Shown here: one piece after another, positions 59,809-64,000 of the stretch
Numbering within the stretch: the stretch's first letter is position 1
How the letters are laid out: each line of letters begins with the position of its first letter
Source of the DNA: Acetobacter sp.
GTDB taxonomy: Bacteria > Pseudomonadota > Alphaproteobacteria > Acetobacterales > Acetobacteraceae
DNA: 64,000 nucleotides
Direction of reading: 5' to 3'
Assembly: GCF_052102375.1 (NCBI RefSeq)
Contig: NZ_JBQDXI010000002.1
Coordinates: forward strand, 4,159-68,158
Made by a program: the position numbers and the translations under genes
Notes under the pieces: generated by a model
The model's input: only the letters and a program-made list of their open reading frames with translations
Database searches by the model: none
What the model was told of the DNA's origin: nothing

Positions 59809-62800
59809 TTACTCAGCCGCAGAGGAGCGTCCTACGCGCTGACGGTCCTGAGATGCCGCAATGGCACGCAGACGGTTCATGACGCTTCCTGTCCCCGCAG
59901 GGATGAGGCGGCCAACAATCACGTTTTCTTTCAGGCCATTCAGGCGGTCAACCTTACCTGCCGTAGCAGCTTCGGTGAGAACGCGCGTTGTTTCCTGGAA
60001 GGACGCGGCAGAGATGAAGGACTGAGTTTGCAGTGATGCCTTGGTAATACCCTGCAGCACGGGCATGGCTACGGCAGGCCGCTCACCAGCATTCATGCAT
60101 TTGGTATTCTCGACATCAAACTCAATCCGGTCAACTGTTTCGCCAATCAGGTAAGTCGTGTCGCCTGGCTCCAGAATTTCAACTTTCTGGAGCATTTGAC
60201 GCACGATAACCTCGATGTGCTTATCGTTAATCTTAACGCCCTGCAGACGATAAACATCCTGAATTTCATTCACAAGGTAATCGGACAGAGCCTCAACACC
60301 CATGACCTTCAGAATGTCGTGCGGAACACGAGGACCGTCGACCAGCGGATCGCCTTTTTCGACAAAGTCCCCTTCCTGAACGGACACATGCTTGCCTTTG
60401 GGAATCAGATATTCAGTCTCATGGCCGCTTTCATCATTTTTCACGATGATACGACGCTTGGACTTATAGTCCTTCCCAAATTCAACGCGACCTTCCATCT
60501 CCGCAATAATCGCATGGTCTTTCGGACGACGAGCTTCAAAAAGCTCGGCGACACGCGGCAGACCACCAGTAATATCGCGGGTCTTGGAGCCTTCACGTGG
60601 CAAGCGGGCCAATACGTCACCTGCATGGACTTCTGCACCGTTTTCAACGGAAAGAAGTGTTTCAGGCGACAGGAAGTAACGGGCATCGCTGCCGTTATCC
60701 AGTTTCATGACTTCGCCGTTCGGACCTTTAAGCTGCAAGCGCGGACGCAGATCTACACCCTTCCCTGCCTGCTTGTAGTCCACCACCACTTTTGCAGTAA
60801 GGCCCGTCACTTCGTCCATACGCTCAACAAGCGTAATGGAGTCGATCAGATCAAGATACTCAACCTTACCTGCCTTTTCGGTAATGATAGGCAGTGTGTA
60901 GGGGTCCCACTCAGCCAGTTTCTGACCGCGTGAAACAGCTTCGCCTTCCGTTGTCAGCAGTCGTGCACCGTAAGGCACACGGTAACGTGCTTTTTCTGAA
61001 CCGTTTTCATCCGTGATCAGAATTTCACAGTTACGCGCCATGACGATCGGCACGTTCTGAGAGTTATGCACCACGTTACGGTTACGGATAACGACCAGAC
61101 CATCACGAGAGGCTTCAATTGCTGACTGCTCAGCACCACGCTGTGCCGCACCACCAATATGGAAGGTACGCATTGTCAGCTGTGTGCCAGGCTCACCAAT
61201 TGACTGAGCCGCAATAACACCAACCGCTTCACCGATATTGACTGGCGTACCACGCGCAAGGTCACGACCATAGCAATGACCGCACACGCCAATCCGGCTA
61301 TCACAGGTCAGAACAGAACGAATGAAAGCAGATTCTATACCGGCATTTTCAATACGCTCTGCATCAGCTTCTTCAATGAGCTGATTACGGGCGACAATCA
61401 CTTCACCCGATGCTGGGTCAACAATGTCTGCTGCGGCTGTACGTCCCAGAATACGCTCGGAGAGGGAAGCCACAACTTCACCACCGTCTAGCACCGCACG
61501 CACAGTCAGGCCGCGCTCGGTACCGCAATCATTTTCGATAATGATGCTGTCCTGAGCAACGTCCACCAGACGACGGGTCAAGTAACCGGAGTTAGCCGTT
61601 TTAAGCGCAGTATCGGCCAGCCCCTTACGCGCACCGTGAGTGGACGTAAAGTAATCGAGAACCGACAAACCTTCTTTAAAGTTTGCGATAATCGGCTGTT
61701 CGATAATCTCACCAGATGGTTTGGCCATCAGACCGCGCATACCAGCAAGCTGCTTCATCTGTGCTGGTGACCCACGCGCACCGGAGTGGCTCATCATCCA
61801 GACAGAGTTGATCGGCTTACCAATTTCCTGACGGGAAATTTCTTTGGTCATGGCTGCCTGCACTTCATCCGTGCAACGTGACCATGCGTCAACCACTTTG
61901 TTATAGCGTTCGCCAGCGGTGATCAGACCATCCTGATACTGCTGTTCAAATTCCTTAACTTCAGCAGCAGTCTTCTCAACAAAAATCTTTTTCTCTTCAG
62001 GGATGATCATATCATCTTTACCGAAGGAAATACCGGCTTTTGCTGCGTGACGGAAACCAAGAGCCATCAGACGGTCACAGAAGATAACCGCTTCTTTCTG
62101 ACCACAGTGACGATAAACCGTATCAATAACGTCAGATACAGCTTTTTTGGTCAACTGCTTGTTGATCAGAGAGAACGGAATAGCTTCGCTAAGTGGCAGG
62201 ATCTGCGCAATCAGAACGCGACCAGGTGTCGTGACGATTGTTTCGTAGGTTTTCTTGCCGTCTTTGATGGTTTCAAAACGTGCACGGATTTTGTCGTGCA
62301 GTTTTAAAGCACCTGCATTCAGAGCATATTCAACTTCCCCAATGGATGAGAAAGAAGGCGCCCCGGCTTTGATCAGCTCACCTGTCGTGTTGTCGTATTC
62401 ATTACGGTCAGGTGTTGCCGCAAACTCAGGTAGTTCAAGGCTGAGATAGTAGAGACCCAGAACAATATCCTGAGACGGCACGATAATGGGCTTACCGTTT
62501 GCCGGGCTAAGAATGTTGTTCGTAGACATCATCAGGACACGTGCTTCAAGCTGAGCTTCAAGACTCAGGGGCACGTGTACCGCCATCTGGTCACCGTCAA
62601 AGTCTGCGTTGAACGCAGTACAGACGAGCGGATGAAGCTGAATAGCCTTCCCTTCTACCAGAATGGGCTCAAACGCCTGAATACCAAGACGGTGAAGCGT
62701 AGGCGCACGGTTAAGCATAACCGGGTGCTCACGGATAACCTCTTCAAGGATATCCCACACTTCAGGACGCTCTTTTTCAACCATACGCTTTGCAGCTTTA

Positions 62801-63984
62801 ATGGTTGTGGCGTGACCGTATTTTTCCAACTTGGAATAAATGAACGGCTTGAACAGTTCCAGAGCCATCTTCTTGGGAAGACCGCACTGATGCAGCTTCA
62901 TTTCCGGGCCAACCACGATGACCGAACGGCCTGAGTAGTCAACACGTTTACCAAGAAGGTTCTGACGGAAACGGCCCTGCTTGCCTTTCAGCATGTCAGA
63001 CAGAGACTTCAGCGGACGCTTGTTGGCACCGGTAATCGCACGACCGCGACGACCGTTATCAAACAGAGCGTCAACAGCTTCCTGAAGCATACGCTTTTCG
63101 TTACGCACGATGATATCGGGCGCACGCAGTTCCATCAGACGCTTCAGACGGTTATTACGGTTGATAACGCGACGATACAGATCGTTCAGATCAGACGTTG
63201 CGAAACGACCACCATCAAGCGGTACAAGCGGACGCAGTTCCGGTGGAATAACCGGTACGTAGTCAAGGATCATCCATTCCGGACGAGAACCGCTTTCTGC
63301 AAACGCTTCAACCAGTTTGAGACGTTTGACCAGCTTTTTGCGTTTGGCTTCTGAAGTGGTTTCCTTCAGTTCCTGACGCAGTTCTACTTTTTCAGCATCG
63401 CAATCAATCCGCTCAAGAACTTTCTTGATGGCTTCTGCGCCGATACCGACTTCAACGCCTTCTTCGCTATATTCATCCATAGCATCGAGGTACTGTTCCT
63501 CGGTCAGGAGAGAATACTGCTTAAGCGGAGAGGTACCGGGTTCAAGCACCAGATAGTTCTCAAAATAGAGAACCTTTTCCAGATCTTTCAAGGTCATATC
63601 GACCATGAGACCGATACGGCTTGGCAAAGATTTCAGGAACCAGATGTGTGCAACAGGGCTTGCAAGCTGAATATGACCCATGCGCTCACGGCGCACTTTG
63701 GCCAGTGTAACTTCCACGCCGCACTTTTCGCACACAATACCACGGAATTTCATCCGCTTGTATTTGCCGCAAAGGCACTCGTAATCTTTGATCGGGCCAA
63801 AGATACGGGCACAGAAAAGACCATCACGCTCCGGCTTGAATGTCCGGTAGTTGATCGTCTCGGGCTTCTTGATTTCGCCGAATGACCAAGACCGGATCTG
63901 CTCTGGTGATGCCAGCTGGATCTTGATCTGATCGAAGGTCATCGCCTGGCCGGTCTGGCCAAGAATTTTCATGAGTTCATTCAT
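59809..63984 (-). CDS. rpoC: RNA polymerase beta-prime subunit
   Basis: [13 protein letters not shown] zinc finger, [17 protein letters not shown], catalytic [20 protein letters not shown]. Confidence 0.99.
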   Translation of the reverse strand: MNELMKILGQTGQAMTFDQIKIQLASPEQIRSWSFGEIKKPETINYRTFKPERDGLFCARIFGPIKDYECLCGKYKRMKFRGIVCEKCGVEVTLAKVRRERMGHIQLASPVAHIWFLKSLPSRIGLMVDMTLKDLEKVLYFENYLVLEPGTSPLKQYSLLTEEQYLDAMDEYSEEGVEVGIGAEAIKKVLERIDCDAEKVELRQELKETTSEAKRKKLVKRLKLVEAFAESGSRPEWMILDYVPVIPPELRPLVPLDGGRFATSDLNDLYRRVINRNNRLKRLMELRAPDIIVRNEKRMLQEAVDALFDNGRRGRAITGANKRPLKSLSDMLKGKQGRFRQNLLGKRVDYSGRSVIVVGPEMKLHQCGLPKKMALELFKPFIYSKLEKYGHATTIKAAKRMVEKERPEVWDILEEVIREHPVMLNRAPTLHRLGIQAFEPILVEGKAIQLHPLVCTAFNADFDGDQMAVHVPLSLEAQLEARVLMMSTNNILSPANGKPIIVPSQDIVLGLYYLSLELPEFAATPDRNEYDNTTGELIKAGAPSFSSIGEVEYALNAGALKLHDKIRARFETIKDGKKTYETIVTTPGRVLIAQILPLSEAIPFSLINKQLTKKAVSDVIDTVYRHCGQKEAVIFCDRLMALGFRHAAKAGISFGKDDMIIPEEKKIFVEKTAAEVKEFEQQYQDGLITAGERYNKVVDAWSRCTDEVQAAMTKEISRQEIGKPINSVWMMSHSGARGSPAQMKQLAGMRGLMAKPSGEIIEQPIIANFKEGLSVLDYFTSTHGARKGLADTALKTANSGYLTRRLVDVAQDSIIIENDCGTERGLTVRAVLDGGEVVASLSERILGRTAAADIVDPASGEVIVARNQLIEEADAERIENAGIESAFIRSVLTCDSRIGVCGHCYGRDLARGTPVNIGEAVGVIAAQSIGEPGTQLTMRTFHIGGAAQRGAEQSAIEASRDGLVVIRNRNVVHNSQNVPIVMARNCEILITDENGSEKARYRVPYGARLLTTEGEAVSRGQKLAEWDPYTLPIITEKAGKVEYLDLIDSITLVERMDEVTGLTAKVVVDYKQAGKGVDLRPRLQLKGPNGEVMKLDNGSDARYFLSPETLLSVENGAEVHAGDVLARLPREGSKTRDITGGLPRVAELFEARRPKDHAIIAEMEGRVEFGKDYKSKRRIIVKNDESGHETEYLIPKGKHVSVQEGDFVEKGDPLVDGPRVPHDILKVMGVEALSDYLVNEIQDVYRLQGVKINDKHIEVIVRQMLQKVEILEPGDTTYLIGETVDRIEFDVENTKCMNAGERPAVAMPVLQGITKASLQTQSFISAASFQETTRVLTEAATAGKVDRLNGLKENVIVGRLIPAGTGSVMNRLRAIAASQDRQRVGRSSAAE

Positions 63985-64000
63985 GTGCCGAAGCCCCCAA

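Overview
Core-genome window of an acetic acid bacterium (Acetobacteraceae, Acetobacter-like; inferred from gene content and protein style, not from a database search). I saw no mobile element, prophage, CRISPR array, rRNA or tRNA. Layout: (1-9.8 kb, +) bestrophin-like channel, carD, a TPR-glycosyltransferase and the gpmI-envC-ctpA-divergent polysaccharide deacetylase-rppH operon; (10-16.8 kb, -) EmrAB-type efflux pair, MsbA-like ABC exporter, CCA-adding enzyme and a Cys-rich DUF1285-like protein; (16.9-24.6 kb, +) uncharacterised MoxR ATPase-DUF58-BatA/DUF4159-VWA/GATase-like operon plus a secreted ankyrin-like protein; (24.7-26.9 kb, -) rnhB-ccrM and a CsbD-like gene; (27-38 kb, +) MFS plus MdtABC-NodT RND efflux; (38-42.8 kb, -) small stress proteins, a NitT/TauT ABC importer and a RbtT/DalT/CsbX MFS; (43-64 kb, -) rpoC, rpsL-rpsG-tuf (fusA absent) and the S10-spc-alpha ribosomal superoperon. 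The most striking unexplained signal is seven GANTC sites (the CcrM target) in 89 bp, organised in two 9-bp hairpins directly upstream of rnhB-ccrM, a candidate epigenetic autoregulatory switch. Other leads: the MoxR system, orphan operators upstream of emrAB and the ABC importer, structured ribosomal-operon leaders sharing one hairpin, and two identical-geometry start-stop minimal ORFs.
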